NCBI GenBank assembly: GCA_045535375.1
Contig: JAZSLM010000007.1
Location: 15,322 to 79,321, forward strand
Origin: Eubacteriales bacterium
GTDB lineage: Bacteria; Bacillota; Clostridia; Oscillospirales; CAG-272
Reading direction: 5' to 3'
DNA length: 64,000 bases
A program made the translations under genes and the position numbers. Under the pieces are notes generated by a model, which had not been told where the DNA came from, ran no database searches, and was given only the letters and a program-made list of their open reading frames with translations. How positions within the stretch are numbered: the first letter of the stretch is position 1; each line of letters begins with the position of its first letter. Positions 63,833 through 64,000 of this stretch are shown here, one piece after another.

Positions 63833-64000
63833 AATATCTGTGTATCGCTCTTATAAAATTCTACAGAAAATATCTTTCAAGACTGAAATCGAATCCCACT
63901 TGTCGGTTCACGCCGACATGCTCTGCCTATGCACTTGAGGCATATCAGAAACGAGGCTTTATCGTAGGAACCATTCTGACGGTATGGCGCATCCTCCGTT
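63829..64000 (+). CDS. yidD: Membrane protein insertion efficiency factor YidD (3' end outside window)
   Basis: [44 protein letters not shown]... The start overlaps the rnpA stop (ATGA). Confidence 0.85.
   Translation, partial: [57 protein letters not shown]

Overview
High-GC (roughly 55-58% by eye) chromosomal window from a Clostridia-type Firmicute. It is probably a spore-former, because a SpoVM-like mini-ORF is present. The right edge carries rpmH-rnpA-yidD.

Layout:
- 1-8.65 kb: the conserved housekeeping operon rsmB-rlmN-stp-pknB-(extra membrane protein)-rsgA-thiN-spoVM.
- 8.7-15.7 kb: a 361-bp inverted-repeat element, ygiQ, exported proteins, a phosphoribosyltransferase, a phosphodiester-glycosidase lipoprotein, a DUF378 gene, and a stand-alone tRNA-Glu(CUC) followed by a duplicated tRNA 3' end and a hairpin array.
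- 15.7-21.8 kb (minus strand): a corrinoid methyltransferase operon. It holds a B12-binding protein, three URO-D/MtaA-family methyltransferases, DUF2284 and a RACo-type activase.
- 21.9-29.4 kb: a host-glycan-type locus. It holds a BNR sialidase-like protein, YhcH/NanQ, a NanA/DapA-family lyase, fucI interrupted by one amber codon, a lipoprotein and a Cys-type sulfatase.
- 29.7-58.6 kb: an accessory region dominated by five paralogous ECF-type sigma genes. Each overlaps by 4 nt the start of a single-pass membrane protein. Those partners have large extracellular domains: BspA-type LRR cassettes, propeller-like domains, or a new-looking repeat module. Two lipoprotein paralogs of the ectodomains sit alongside. 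A P1B metal ATPase module, an FAD oxidoreductase, a low-GC orphan gene and a glycerol-1-phosphate-dehydrogenase-like gene are interspersed.
- 58.6-64 kb: GntR, an M14-like peptidase, a TIM-barrel isomerase, a zinc-ribbon membrane protein, then rpmH-rnpA-yidD.

Intergenic DNA is unusually rich in GC-hairpin arrays and small repeat families.

The best candidate for an undescribed system is the sigma / tethered-surface-protein module family together with its conserved leader motif and untethered ectodomain paralogs. Secondary candidates are the strand-specific structured repeat (copies at 47.6 and 56.1 kb, with compensatory changes) and the mirrored TATATC-word hairpin arrays.

All calls come from reading the sequence and remembered family signatures. 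No database search was run.
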